Positions 11,436 through 24,649 of a stretch of 64,000 nt of DNA are shown piece after piece. The position numbers and the translations under genes were made by a program. Origin of the DNA: Mytilus edulis (Eukaryota); assembly GCF_963676685.1 (NCBI RefSeq), contig NC_092357.1:70866001-70930000 (forward strand), read 5' to 3'. The notes beneath the pieces were generated by a model. That model saw only the letters and a list, made by a program, of their open reading frames with translations, was not told the origin of the DNA and did no database searches. Position 1 is the first letter of the stretch. Every line of letters starts with the position of its first letter.

Positions 11436-13662
11436 GACATGAACACCAGAAATGGTAATGTCAACTGTAGCACCATTGACATGAACACCTGCGCTCGCAG
11501 TGTCGACTAGCACCACTGACATGAACACCAGCAATGGTGATGTCGACTGTAGCACCATTCACATGAACACCAGCGCTGGCAATGTCAACTGTAGCACCAT
11601 TGACATGAACACCAGCGCTGTTGATGTCGACTGTAGCACCATTGACATGAACACCAGCGCTTGCGATGTCGACTGTAGCCCCATTGACATGAACACCAGC
11701 GCTGGTGATGTCGACTGTAGCACCATTGTCATGAACACCAGCGCTTGCGATGTCGACTGAAGCACCATTGACATGAACACCAGCGCTTGCAATGTCGTTT
11801 GTAGCACCATTTACATGAACACCAGCGCTTGCCATGTCGCCTGTAGCACCATTGACATGAACACCAGCGCTTGCGATGTCGACTGTAGCCCCATTGACAT
11901 GAACACCAGCCCTGGTGATGTCGACTGTAGCACCATTGACATAAACACCAGCGATGGCGATGTCGACTGTAGCACTATTGACATGAACACCAGCCCTGGT
12001 GATGTCGACTGTAGCACCATTGACATAAACACCAGCGCTTGCGATGTCGACTGTAGCACTATTGACATGAACACCAGCGCTTGCGATGTCGACTGTAGCA
12101 CCGTTGAATTGAAAATCAGCGCTGGTGATGTCGACTGTAGCACCTTTGACATGAACACCAGCGCGGGTGATATCGACTAGAGCACCATTGACATGAACAC
12201 CAGCGCTGGTGATGTCGACTGTAGCACTATTGACATGAACACCAGCGCTGGTGGTATCGACTATAGCACCATTGACATGATCACCAGCGCTTGCGATGTC
12301 GACTGTAGCACTATTGACATGAACACCAGCGCGGGTGATATCGACTATAGCACCATTGACATGATCACCAGCGCTTGCGATGTCGACTGTAGCACTATTG
12401 ACATGAACACCAGCGCGGGTGATATCGACTATAGCACCATTGACACCAACACCAGCGCTGGTGATGTCGACTGTAGCACTATTGACATGAACACCAGCCC
12501 TGGTGATGTCGACTGTAGCACCATTGACATAAACACCAGCGCTTGCGATGTCGACTGGCGCACTATTGACATGAACACCAGCGCTTGCGATGTCGACTGT
12601 AGCACCGTTGAATTAAAAATCAGCGCTGGTGATGTCGACTGTAGCACCTTTGACATGAACACCAGCGCGGGTGATATCGACTAGAGCACCATTGACATGA
12701 ACACCAGCGCTGGTGATGTCGACTGTAGCACTATTGACATGAACACCAGCGCTGGTGGTATCGACTATAGCACCATTGACATGATCACCAGCGCTTGCGA
12801 TGTCGATTGTAGCACTATTGACATGAACACCAGCGCGGGTGATATCGACTATAGCACCATTGACACCAACACCAGCGCTGCTGATGTCGACTGTAGCACT
12901 ATTGACATGAACACCAGCGCGGGTGATATCGACTATAGCACCATTGACATGAACACCAGCGCTGGTAATGTCGACTGTAGCACCATTGACATGAACACAA
13001 GCGCTGGCGATGTCGACTGTAGCACCATGACATGAACATCAGCGTTTGTGATGTCGACTGTAGCACCATTGAAATGAACATCAGCGCTGGTGATGTCGAC
13101 TGTAATACCGTTGACATGAACATCAGCGCTTGTGATGTCGACTGTACCACAATTGACATGAATACCAGCGCTGGCGGTGTCGACTGCAGCACCATTGGCA
13201 TGAACACCAGCACTGGCGGTGTCGACTGTAGCACCGTTGACATGAATACCAGCGCTGGCGGTGTCGACTGTAGCACCATTGACATGAATACCAGCGCTGC
13301 CGGTGTCGACTGTAGCACCATTGGCATGAACACCAGCACTGGCGGTGTCGACTGTAGCACCGTTGACATGAATACCAGCGCTGGCGGTGTCGACTGTAGC
13401 ACCATTGACATGAATACCAGCGCTGCCGGTGTCGACTGCAGCACCATTGGCATGAACACCAGCACTGGCGGTGTCGACTGTAGCACCGTTGACATGAATA
13501 CCAGCGCTGGCGGTGTCGACTGCAGCACCATTGGCATGAACACCAGCACTGGCGGTGTCGACTGTAGCACCATGACATGAACACCAGCGCTGGCAATGTC
13601 GACTGTAGCACAATTGACATGAACACCAGCGCCCGCTGTGTCGACTGTAGCACCACTGACAT

Positions 13663-13820
13663 CAGAGGCGGATTAAGAGGGGGGCCAGGGGCCCGGCCCC
13701 CCCCTTTTTGGGAAAAAATTTGGTTGCTTATATAGGGAATCATTGAAGCGTGACTGAAGCGGGCCCCCTCTTGGGTCAGTCAGTGGGCCCCACTTATGTA
13801 AATTTCTGGATTCGCCACTG
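13663..13820. mobile_element. 160-bp MITE copy 2
   Basis: Near-identical to copy 1, with the same GACAT TSD and the same flanking variant units. Confidence 0.88.
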
Positions 13821-15417
13821 GACATGAACACCAGCAATGGTAATGTCGACTGTAGCACCATTGACATGAACACCTGCGCTCGCAGTGTCGACTAGCACCA
13901 CTGACATGAACACCAGCAATGGTGATGTCCACTGTAGCACCATTGACATGAACACCAGCGCTAGCAATGTCAACTGTAGCACAATTGACATGAACACCAG
14001 CGCTGTTGATGTCGACTGTAGCACCATTGACATGAACACCAGCGCTTGCGATGTCGACTGTAGCCCCATTGACATGAACACCAGCGCTGGTGATGTCGAC
14101 TGTAGCACCATTGTCATGAACACCAGCGCTTGCGATGTCGACTGAAGCACCATTGACATGAACACCAGCGCTTGCAATGTCGTCTGTAGCACCATTTACA
14201 TGAACACCAGCGCTTGCGATGTCGCCTGTAGCACCATTGACATGAACACCAGCGCTTGCGATGTCGACTGTAGCCCCATTGACATGAACACCAGCCCTGG
14301 TGATGTCGACTGTAGCACCATTGACATAAACACTAGCGATGGCGATGTCGACTGTAGCACTATTTACATGAACACCAGCCCTGGTGATGTCGACTGTAGC
14401 ACCATTGACATAAACACCAGCGTTTGCGATGTCGACTGTAGCACTATTGACATGAACACCAGCGCTTGCGATGTCGACTGTAGCACCGTTGAATTGAAAA
14501 TCAGCGCTGGTGATGTCGACTGTAGCACCTTTGACATGAACACCAGCGCGGGTGATATCGACTAGAGCACCATTGACATGAACACCAGCGCTGGTGATGT
14601 CGACTGTAGCACTATTGACATGAACACCAGCGCTGGTGGTATCGACTATAGCACCATTAACATGATCACCAGCGCTTGCGATGTCGACTGTAGCACTATT
14701 GACATGAACACCAGCGCTGGTGATATCGACTATAGCACCATTGACACCAACACCAGCGCTTGTGATGTCGACTGTAGCACTATTGACACGAACACCAGCG
14801 CGGGTGATATCGACTATAGCACCATTGACATGAACACCAGCGCTGGTGATGTCGACTGTAGCACTATTGACATGAACACAAGCGCTGGCGATGTCGACTG
14901 TAGCACCATGACATGACCATCAGCGCTTGTGATGTCGACTGTAGCACCATTGAAATGAACATCAGCGCTGGTGATGTCGACTGTAATACCGTTGACATGA
15001 ACATCAGCGCTTGTGATGTCGACTGTAGCACCATTGACATGAATACCAGCGCTGGCGGTGTCGACTGCAGCACCATTGGCATGAACACCAGCACTGGCGG
15101 TGTCGACTGTAGCACCGTTGACATGAATACCAGCGCTGGCGGTGTCGACTGTAGCACCATTGACATGAATACCAGCGCTGCCGGTGTCGACTGCAGCACC
15201 ATTGGCATGAACACCAGCACTGGCGGTGTCGACTGTAGCACCGTTGACATGAATACCAGCGCTGGCGGTGTCGACTGCAGCACCATTGGCATGAACACCA
15301 GCACTGGCGGTGTCGACTGTAGCACCATGACATGAACACCAGCGCTGGCAATGTCGACTGTAGCACAATTGACATGAACACCAGCGCCCGCTGTGTCGAC
15401 TGTAGCACCACTGACAT

Positions 15418-15577
15418 CAGAGGCGGATTAAGAGAGGGGCCAGGGGCCCGGGCCCCCCCCTTTTTGGGAAAAAATTTGGTTGCTTATATAGGGAATCATT
15501 GAAACGTGACTGAAGCGGGCCCCCTCTTGGGTCAGTCAGTGGGCCCCCACTGATGTAAATTTCTGGATCCGCCACTG
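15418..15577. mobile_element. 160-bp MITE copy 3
   Basis: Near-identical to copies 1 and 2, same insertion point within the 42-bp unit. Confidence 0.88.
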
Positions 15578-17859
15578 GACATGAACACCAGCAATGGTAA
15601 TGTCGACTGTAGCACCATTGACATGAACACCTGCGCTCGCAGTGTCGACTAGCACCACTGACATGAACACCAGCAATGGTGATGTCCACTGTAGCACCAT
15701 TGACATGAACACCAGCGCTGGCAATGTCAACTGTAGCACAATTGACATGAACACCAGCGCTGTTGATGTCGACTGTAGCACCATTGACATGAACACCAGC
15801 GCTTGCGATGTCGACTGTAGCCCCATTGACATGAACACCAGCGCTGTTGTCGACTGTAGCACCATTGTCATGAACACCAGCGCTTGCGATGTCGACTGAA
15901 GCACCATTGACATGAACACCAGCGCTTGCAATGTCGTCTGTAGCACCATTTACATGAACACCAGCGCTTGCGATGTCGCCTGTAGCACCATTGACATGAA
16001 CACCAGCGCTTGCGATGTCGACTGTAGCCCCATTGACATGAACACCAGCCCTGGTGATGTTGACTGTAGCACCATTGACATAAACACCAGCGATTGCGAT
16101 GTCGACTGTAGCACTATTGACATGAACACCAGCCCTGGTGATGTCGACTGTAGCACCATTGACATAAACACCAGCGTTTGCGATGTCGACTGTAGCACTA
16201 TTGACATGAACACCAGCGCTTGCGATGTCGACTGTAGCACCGTTGAATTGAAAATCAGCGCTGGTGATGTCGACTGTAGCACCTTTGACATGAACACCAG
16301 CGCGGGTGATATCGACTAGAGCACCATTGACATGAACACCAGCGCTGGTGATGTCGACTGTAGCACTATTGATATGAACACCAGCGCTGGTGGTATCGAC
16401 TATAGCACCATTAACATGATCACCAGCGCTTGCGATGTCGACTGTAGCACTATTGACATGAACACCAGCGCGGGTGATATCGACTATAGCACCATTGACA
16501 CCAACACCAGCGCTGGTGATGTCGACTGTAGTACTATTGACATGAACACCAGCGCGGGTGATATCGACTATAGCACCATTGACATGAACACCAGCGCTGG
16601 TGATGTCGACTGTAGCACCATTCATGAACACAAGCGCTGGCGATGTCGACTGTAGCACCATGACATGAACATCAGCGCTTGTGATGTCGACTGTAGCACC
16701 ATTAAAATGAACATCAGCGCTGGTGATGTCGACTGTAATACCGTTGACATGAACATCAGCGCTTGTGATGTCGACTGTAGCACCATTGACATGAACACCA
16801 GCGCTGGCAGTGTCGACTGTAGCACCATTGACATGAACACCAGCGCTGGCGGTGTCGACTGTAGCACCATTGACATGAACACCAGCGCTGGCGGTGTCGA
16901 CTGTAGCACCGTTGACTGTAGCACCATTGACATGAACACCAGCGCTTGCGGTGTCGACTGTAACACCATTGCCATGAACACCAGCGCTTGCGGTGTCGAC
17001 TGTAGCACCATTGACAAGAACACCAGCGCTGGTGATGTCGACTGTAGCATCGTTGACATGAACACCATATATATATATATATATATACAAGTCTAAGTTG
17101 AAAACTACGTTCAAATCTATGATTGCGTTTGATAAAACCCGCAATTTTTATACGAGTGCATGTAAAACAAATTTAGTGGTAGAAGGATCTAAATACAGCA
17201 CAAACAACATTTGCCAAAAGACCAAAAGAGTGAAAAAGTCTATTTAAACAAAACGCAATTTGACTAACAGGTCGAACAACTGATGTTCTTTAACCCTGCT
17301 GACTGCCATTGGCGATTGTCAAATAAAATTGATCACAAGATGTAACAAAATGGATCTTAATACAAATTTAATACGTAACTGTGGAAACAATAAACTTGTG
17401 GCCAAGAAGTTATGCCACAAACATAAGGTGTCAATATTTTTTTTGTACACCAGATCCGGAATCCGACAATAAATGTCTCTTCAGTGATGTTAGGGATCGA
17501 AACGGTATTTGGAAGGCCATATATCCTCAATTTAAGATAGACTTTTGAATTTTAAGAGTCAATATAGGATGCACTGATCATATAAACAGAAGGAAAATAT
17601 GATACAAGCCCAAACGAAAAATTATAAACAAGTCTAATTTGAAAGCTACGTTCAAACCTATCATTGCGTTGGATAAAAACCATATATATAGTACTTAAAT
17701 CTGAAAGCAACCTCAAACACATAATTTCAACTTTTGGACAAGGTCTCCCTCCGTCAATAAAATGTCTACAGCATATGTCTTCAAAGAGAGGCGGTATATA
17801 CCACAGTGGTATTAAAACTTATAAGTCTTTGACAAACATACAAACATCTTCTTATATCT

Positions 17860-18178
17860 ATATAATTTAATTATGGATGTAACGCGTCTTCTGATTGGCT
17901 GACGTTATTTTGTTATCAGCCCATAGACATAATGTAGTCATGTGACCGTGACGTCATCAACGTTTTTTCATGGTTTTCAACGGTTTAAAATGGAATTTAG
18001 AATGAAATTATAAGAAATGACTGTAATATTTTTTCTGTCTATTCGAAATAACATAATAAAAATTGGTGCACACTGTTAAATAACGTTAACCCGCTACGCG
18101 CGCGTTATTCAGTGTGCACCAAATTTTTTAATGTTATTTCTTCATAGACATAAAAAAAAATATAACAGTCATTCCTTA
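17860..18178. mobile_element. Non-autonomous element with long terminal hairpin (possibly Crypton-like)
   Basis: Imperfect palindrome at ~18015-18175 (GAAATGACTGT...AATTGGTGCACACTG / CAGTGTGCACCAAATT...ACAGTCATTCC). Confidence 0.5.
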
Positions 18179-19327
18179 AATATAAAACTTAAGACTGAGC
18201 GACACCAACGACAACGCCACAAAAAAAAGAAGTCGAAAATCCCATTTGCTACAGACGGATAAACAGATCATGTTCCACTAGTAGGACCCATCGTGATGTT
18301 CATATATGTACAAATAAGGGTCTTAGCATATGAAGAATCAAATCTACTCCCGACAGAACGGATAAATAACACAAAGCCTGCCAAAGATTTCATACCATTA
18401 CCAAATACATGAATATAATATACGATTTTTACTATTTGCACTTTATGAATAACCGGTATGAAGACTTGCACTTTTATGCAGTACATACTACTACATTTTG
18501 GCAGATTTGTAGAACATGACAGGGTTTAGTAAGTGTATATACATGATCGTTTTACAATACACATCAAAATAAATCAAGTAAACACTACTGAAAAGTTATA
18601 ATGTACCTTCAACACATTTATTATAAACTCTACTTTTAATTTTGAAATCAACAAATATTATCAATTTACATGTTGCAATCAAATTACCTTCGATTTGAAT
18701 TAAGTGGCTATTAAACCATAATTTGTCAGCGGTTAAAACTTTCAAACTTCAAAGGGTCAATTCAAGAAATCAAGTCCATTTCATTTAATCAGTGGCTCTT
18801 TTAAAGATTGTAAAAGATTAAAGCGAAGTGTGGGAGATTATGATGTATTTATAACATTTATTAATCGAAACAAAATTTATCTTTTTTTATATATATATAA
18901 AAGTACAAGTAACAGTTGTATATCCTCGAATTGGTCCAGCTATGCACTTTCACGAAACCCTAAACTTATTCTTTATACCTGTAAACTACGAACATAATAA
19001 GCACCAAATATAGTTAAAGAAATTCAAAATATACGTGACATTATGATTTTGGTCACTTGTGGAGTCGAGAGTTGTCTCATATGCAATCATACCACATGTT
19101 ATTTTTTTTATATACTTCTAGCTCCTTGTTTCTTAAATTGACCAGTTATTTATCATTTACATTAAAATATCTATTTTTTTATAAAACGCAATCTTTTCGT
19201 TCTTATACACATTTATTAGTTTTTTTTCCATTTACAACTAAATCTGTATATTCAAGTGCATTAAATAACATTAATGCTTAAGCGCTGACGATGTCAACTG
19301 CACATTTGATCAAAAGATGTAAACTCT

Positions 19328-19837
19328 AGCGCTGGAGGTGTCGACATGCAGTAGCACCATTGACATGAATACCAGCGCTGGCGGTGTCGACTGTAGCACC
19401 ATTGGCATGAACACCAGCGCTGGCGGTGTCGACTGTAGCACCATTGGCATGAACACCGGCGCTGGCGGTGTCGACTGTAGCACCATTGGCATGAACACCG
19501 GCGCTGGCGGTGTCGACTGTAGCACCATTGGCATGAACACCAGCGCTGGCGGTGTCGACTGTAGCACCATTGGCATGAACACCAGCACTGGCGGTGTCGA
19601 CTGTAGCACCATTGGCATGAACACCAGCACTGGCGGTGTCGACTGTAGCACCATTGACATGAACACCAGCGCTTGCGGTGTCGACTGTAGCACCATTACA
19701 TGAACACCAGCGCTGGCGGTGTCGACTGTAGTACCATTACATGAACACCAGCGCTGGCGGTGTCGACTGTAGTACATTAAATGAACACCAGCGCTGGCGG
19801 TGTCGACTGTATAACCATGATATGAACACTAGCGCTG
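19328..19837. repeat. Second block of the 42-bp minisatellite (~12 units)
   Basis: Same unit and orientation as 10129-17067, with degenerate edges. Confidence 0.95.
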
Positions 19838-20906
19838 CAGACATGAAATCATCAATCAAGAGCTCTAAATGTTAATCAAGCGCTTGAAGATGTTAAGTCT
19901 AAGATTGAAAATGTAAAAAGATATAGGAAGATGTGGTGTGAGTGCCAATGAGACAACTCTCCATACAAATAACAATTTAAAAAGTAAACCATTATGTCTA
20001 TTTTCTTTTGCGTTATCTTGGGTTTATATCTTCCACCATAAACTGAAAAGTTAACACAATTACTGCCGGTGATATTGGTGTAAGAACTGCATGAATGCTT
20101 CCTTTTGCTTATACCGAGCCAATGAAACTTTCGATTTCTTATGAAGCGTGCACGTTATATAATTATTTAAATAAAATTAAGTCAAGATGTGCTTATGTAC
20201 AACCCCGAGATTACAAAATGTTAAAAAAAAACTTTGAAATGAGATCTTATATTTGATGTCAGAATTCAACGGCATTCTTTTTTGTCATTTCCTTAATTTT
20301 CTTTCCGTACGTAATACGGCAATTCTAAATGTCAGACCAATGATACATCTTCGTCATTAGAAATCCACTTGAAATACATCAGACTTTAATGCATGGTGCT
20401 ATAGCATGGATACTTTTAACCACAACTATTTGTCAATAAATACTGCACTTGAATTGATCAGTGAATTGCAGATTTACAAGTAGTTAGCATATCAAAATGT
20501 GTAAAATAAATAAATGTTTCTAATATATCAAAGATGAAATACAAATCTACATATTTGGATCGTACTGAGAAACTGGTTCTATTTGAGACCCACCCTTTAA
20601 TTTAGATACAAGCACCTGTTGAAATGACAGTTTATTGATACAAATTTGTCATAAATATTTTGTAGGCTAAATCAAAACACAGACAACGAAACCTATACTT
20701 CACATTGTGTATTTATTGTTTTGATTATGACGTAGTTCTCTAAGGATATTTACTGATCTTGACGACTATAAGGCTGGAAGTTCTTTTACCATACATGTCT
20801 TAGAAATAATTTTGTTTAATTTGACTTATGTCTGTGATTGCTAAATTGCATGCATATTGTGTTTTAACGGTTGCCTTCCTTTTACTTTTATGTTCAGAGC
20901 CCTTAA

Positions 20907-21266
20907 GAGATGAACAGTAACAGAAACGAGGACACCATGTCTAAATGCTCTGAGATGAACAGTAACAGAAACGGGGACACCATGTCTAAATGCTCTGAGA
21001 TGAACAGTAACAGAAACGGGGACACCATGTCTAAATGCTCTGAGATGAACAGTAACAGAAACGGGGACACCATGTCTAAATGCTCTGAGATGAACAGTAA
21101 CAGAAACGGGAACACCATGTCTAAATGCTCTGAGATGAACAGTAGCAGAAACGGGGACACCATGTCTAAATGCTCTGAGATGAACAGTAACAGAAACGAG
21201 GACACCATGTCTAAATGCTCTGAGATGAACAGTAACAGAAACGGGGACACCATGTCTAAATGCTCT
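20907..21266. repeat. 45-bp tandem repeat x8
   Basis: GAGATGAACAGTAACAGAAACGGGGACACCATGTCTAAATGCTCT, near-perfect copies. Confidence 0.97.
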
Positions 21267-22461
21267 TTGATAACTTGGGCGAATAAAATATGAATAAAAA
21301 CAGGTGTGCATATGTTGATGAGACAGCAACTTAACAATATAAACATAAGAATATGTTGTATGATTGCTAATCAGACAACTCTCCGCCAGAGACCAAATGA
21401 CATAAAAGTTTACAACTATAGTTCACCGTATGACCTTCAACAATGAGCAAAACTCCGTGAGGTATATGAAGCTATGAATAAAGACAAATATTTATGCTAA
21501 ACAATACAAACGACAATACTAACGGCCTGATTTATGTACAAAATAAGCAAGTTATATACGCCATAACACAACACAGAAATGTTTTCCATAAATACATAAA
21601 CTCAAGGAACATATTATCTTCTGTTAAAGTTTTTTGCCTCAAACTAGTTGAAAAAACACTTTTTATATAAATAAAAAAAATAATCGGTGTACAGCCGTCT
21701 GTCGAAACTAGTAACATAAAGAAATCAGCATATAGGCCTTCAATTATAGGTAAGTATCTCTGTAATATTTCAAATCGAGAAGTCAAACTAATATTGTAAA
21801 GTGTAGTGGACTAAATGACATATCTGTATGTCACCAACATTAACTACGCTAGACGATCAATAACATGCAGGGTGCGGGAATTTCTCGCTACATTGAAGAC
21901 CTGTTGGTGACTCTCTGATGTTGTTTTTTTTTATTTGGTCGGGTTGTTGTCCCTTTGACACATTCCCCATTTCCATTCTCAATTTTATAATCTAACAAAA
22001 GACAATTCTTATGAGACCAAATAAGATTTCTGACTGAGGGAAGTCACATCCACATGTACAGTGACGCAACTTATGATTTTTCTTTGATCATTGCAAAACC
22101 CAAAAAGTATATAGAATAAAGGTGGACTCAATTAAAAAAATAAGATAGAGAGTTGCTCAAATATAAGGAGTAGAGAAAAAAGTGCTCCTCAAATATATAT
22201 AATATTATTTACAAAGCACAAAAATATCAGTATTAACCTCAAAAGCTAACAAAACCTTTAAACAGATTTATTAAGAAGAGATATAGTTACGATAAGTCAT
22301 TAAAGATTGCATATTTTGGCTTTAATATTGATTCACTTATAGGGTCTTTGCATCGGAATTAAACACATTTATTCTAAAACCAGTTGTTGGCATGACACGG
22401 GTTATTTTCTTTTCATATATTTTATGATAGTGTATAATACTAAACCCCTAACAGGAGGGAT

Positions 22462-22982
22462 ATTGTGCATGATATTCATATGATGAATCTTTCAATGAGT
22501 TTATTTGAAGTCTGGAGCTGGCATGTCAGTAACTGCTAGTAGTCTGTTGTTATTTATGTATTATTGTAATTTTGTTTAATTTCTTTTGTTTCCTATTCTG
22601 ACATCGGACTCGGACTTCTCCTAAACTGAGTTTACTGTGCTTACTGTTGTGGTTTTGTTTTGTTTAGAGGTATAGGGGAGGGTTGAGATCTCAAAAATCA
22701 TGTTTAACCCCGCCGCATTTTTGCACCTGTCCCAAATCAGGATCATCTGGCCTTTGTTAGTGTTGTATCATTTTAAATTTTAGTTTCTTGTGTATAATTC
22801 GGAGTTTATATGACGTCCATTATCATTAACTAGTATACATATTTTTAAGGGGCCAGTTGAAGGACGACTCCGGGTCGGGAGTTTCTAGCTGCATTGAAGA
22901 CCCACTGGTAGCCTTCGGCTGTTGTCTGCTCTATGGTCGGGTTGTCTCTTTGACACATTCCCCATTTCCATTCTCAATTTTA
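22462..22982 (-). repeat. Interspersed repeat family B (AATTGAGAATGGAAATGGGGAATGTG...), minus copy
   Basis: Inverse of 25279-25826; shorter copies at ~6060-6200, 21870-21987 and 35545-35640. Confidence 0.85.
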
Positions 22983-23434
22983 TATAAATAATACAGAGTA
23001 AAGGGTTGCTCAAATATAAGGTAAAAAATATGTTGCTCAAATATAGGAATGCACAATAAAGGGTTGCTCAAATATAAAGAATAGAAAAGGATTGCCTAAA
23101 ATTTACGAATACAAAAATGAAGATATCACCTGAGCAATCGTACCCAAATCTATGTGAATTATGAGGTGCCGGCCACCTTGGGAAAACACAGAATGAAACA
23201 TATTTTACAAAACTAAAATTTTTCAAATTTGTTAGTTACTCCAATAAGTCATACTTGAAGTACTTTTAAAAGGCGTTACATTATAATTTAATGAATGGGG
23301 TTTTCTATATTTTGATTATTAGTAAACTGTCAATGTGTCAAGATAAGTCACACCGACCAAATACCACAGCGGACCAACTAAAATATGTCCTTCGAGAACC
23401 GACATAAAAATCAATCCCACCCACTCCAGAGCTT

Positions 23435-23497
23435 TATAAATATTGCAACTGCATCAACACACAGTACGAAATTGTGTGCAATAAGAGAAAACTTAAA
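23435..23497 (+). promoter_or_regulatory. Putative TATA box, initiator and non-coding exon 1 of the C1q gene
   Basis: TATAAA at 23435-23440, Inr-like ACAGT at 23461-23465, GTAAGT donor at 23498. Confidence 0.6.
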
Positions 23498-24230
23498 GTA
23501 AGTTTATCATTTAATTCATTTTCTTTTATTGTTTGAATTTGAATGAATTATGTTAAATTAATAATTCTTTACTCACAGATTACCAACAAGAGGTACATGA
23601 ATAGATATAATTAGTTTTGATCTTGCTGCAAAATATTATTCAAATCTTTTCTGTTTGAAATTTCATGTAGTACTAGTATCTATGTTAACTTTAAATACAA
23701 TAATTTAATCAAATTTGTTTATAAATTGCATATTTTTAATTTTGCAATTTAAAAATTAAATGTATCTGTTTTGCATTTAACTGGATAATTCCAATTTCTT
23801 ATTTATAATTTATATTTTTGTTTTGCTATTTAGTCTTTTCCACTGGACTTATATAAAAAAGCTAAATTAAATAAATCTCCGTCAGGAAAGGCGAAACCAG
23901 CTTATTGAAAGTTTAGTTGACAAACATCATTATACAGTCATGTAATTAAATATGATTTTTTAGGCCGTTTGCTTGTTTGCTTATTCAAGACTTAGATATA
24001 TAATAAAGTTATGTTGCAAATATAATGTTAGTCCTCCATCCGGCATTCGTCCCAAATATATATATATATATATATGGACTATTTGCCACTGGACGCTAAG
24101 AAAGCACACAAATTTAAGCAATCATTAATCATCTTTTTTTTCAAAAAAAAGTGTTTAGAATATTTTGAAAATTGTTTTTTCTTAGACTTTGGAGTTTTAT
24201 GCTGCTTAATATCTAACGGAACTTTTATTT

Positions 24231-24342
24231 ACAACCGTACAGTTAATATAGTTTGTATACAACCGTACAGTTAATATAGTTTGTATACAACCGTACAGTT
24301 AATATAGTTTGTATACAACCGTACAGTTAATATAGTTTGTAT
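24231..24342. repeat. 28-bp tandem repeat x4
   Basis: ACAACCGTACAGTTAATATAGTTTGTAT. Confidence 0.9.
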
Positions 24343-24585
24343 ATATCCCCTTACCATTTTTCTTTTGAATTTCATTTTAATATTTGAAAGATAATAAAAA
24401 ACAAAAACCATTTTACTAGCTGTGACATTGGCTGCTCTAAGGGACGGAATTTACCAAGTAAAGAAAAAAAGTATAGCCCTTTGTTTCGTGTTCCTTTTTT
24501 TTAACTTCGATGTCCATGATATTGATGTAGGTTGTTTTTATTTAGAGAATTAACATAAATATTGTTTGTTTGTAGAGTACAAAGA

Positions 24586-24649
24586 ATGGCGTACTTAGAG
24601 TGTTTACTGTTTGTAGTTGGACTAACAATCTGTAGTGGGAGAGTAACAG
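24586..24649 (+). CDS. C1q-domain protein, signal-peptide exon (MAYLECLLFVVGLTICSGRVT)
   Basis: TTTGTAG acceptor at 24575, ATG at 24586, hydrophobic core, G|GTAAGA donor (phase 1) matching the next exon. Confidence 0.82.

Larger units (their letters stand above)
10129..17067. repeat. 42-bp CpG-rich minisatellite, ~150 units, with higher-order structure
   Basis: Unit ~CACCATTGACATGAACACCAGCGCTGGTGATGTCGACTGTAG, with palindromic cores CAGCGCTG and GTCGAC. Interrupted three times by the same MITE; ends at (TA)n 17067-17087. Confidence 0.97.

Noticed and set aside
10129-17067. CRISPR-like array (palindromic repeats)
   Set aside because: Units are head-to-tail with no unique spacers, there are no cas genes, and the context is eukaryotic and spliced.
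10106-17144. Long repeat ORFs (e.g. 575 aa VHVNGATVDIASAG, MNTSAGDVDCSTID, Cys/Trp-rich frame) as a beta-solenoid or biomineral protein
   Set aside because: The 42-bp unit is stop-free in several frames on both strands. Units with 1-2 nt deletions shift frame, TAG/TGA variants occur, MITEs interrupt the array, and there is no signal peptide or third-position bias. Stranded RNA-seq or peptides would be needed to revive this.
20841-21346. ORFs of 127-162 aa
   Set aside because: A 45-bp repeat open in three frames; no splice or domain support.
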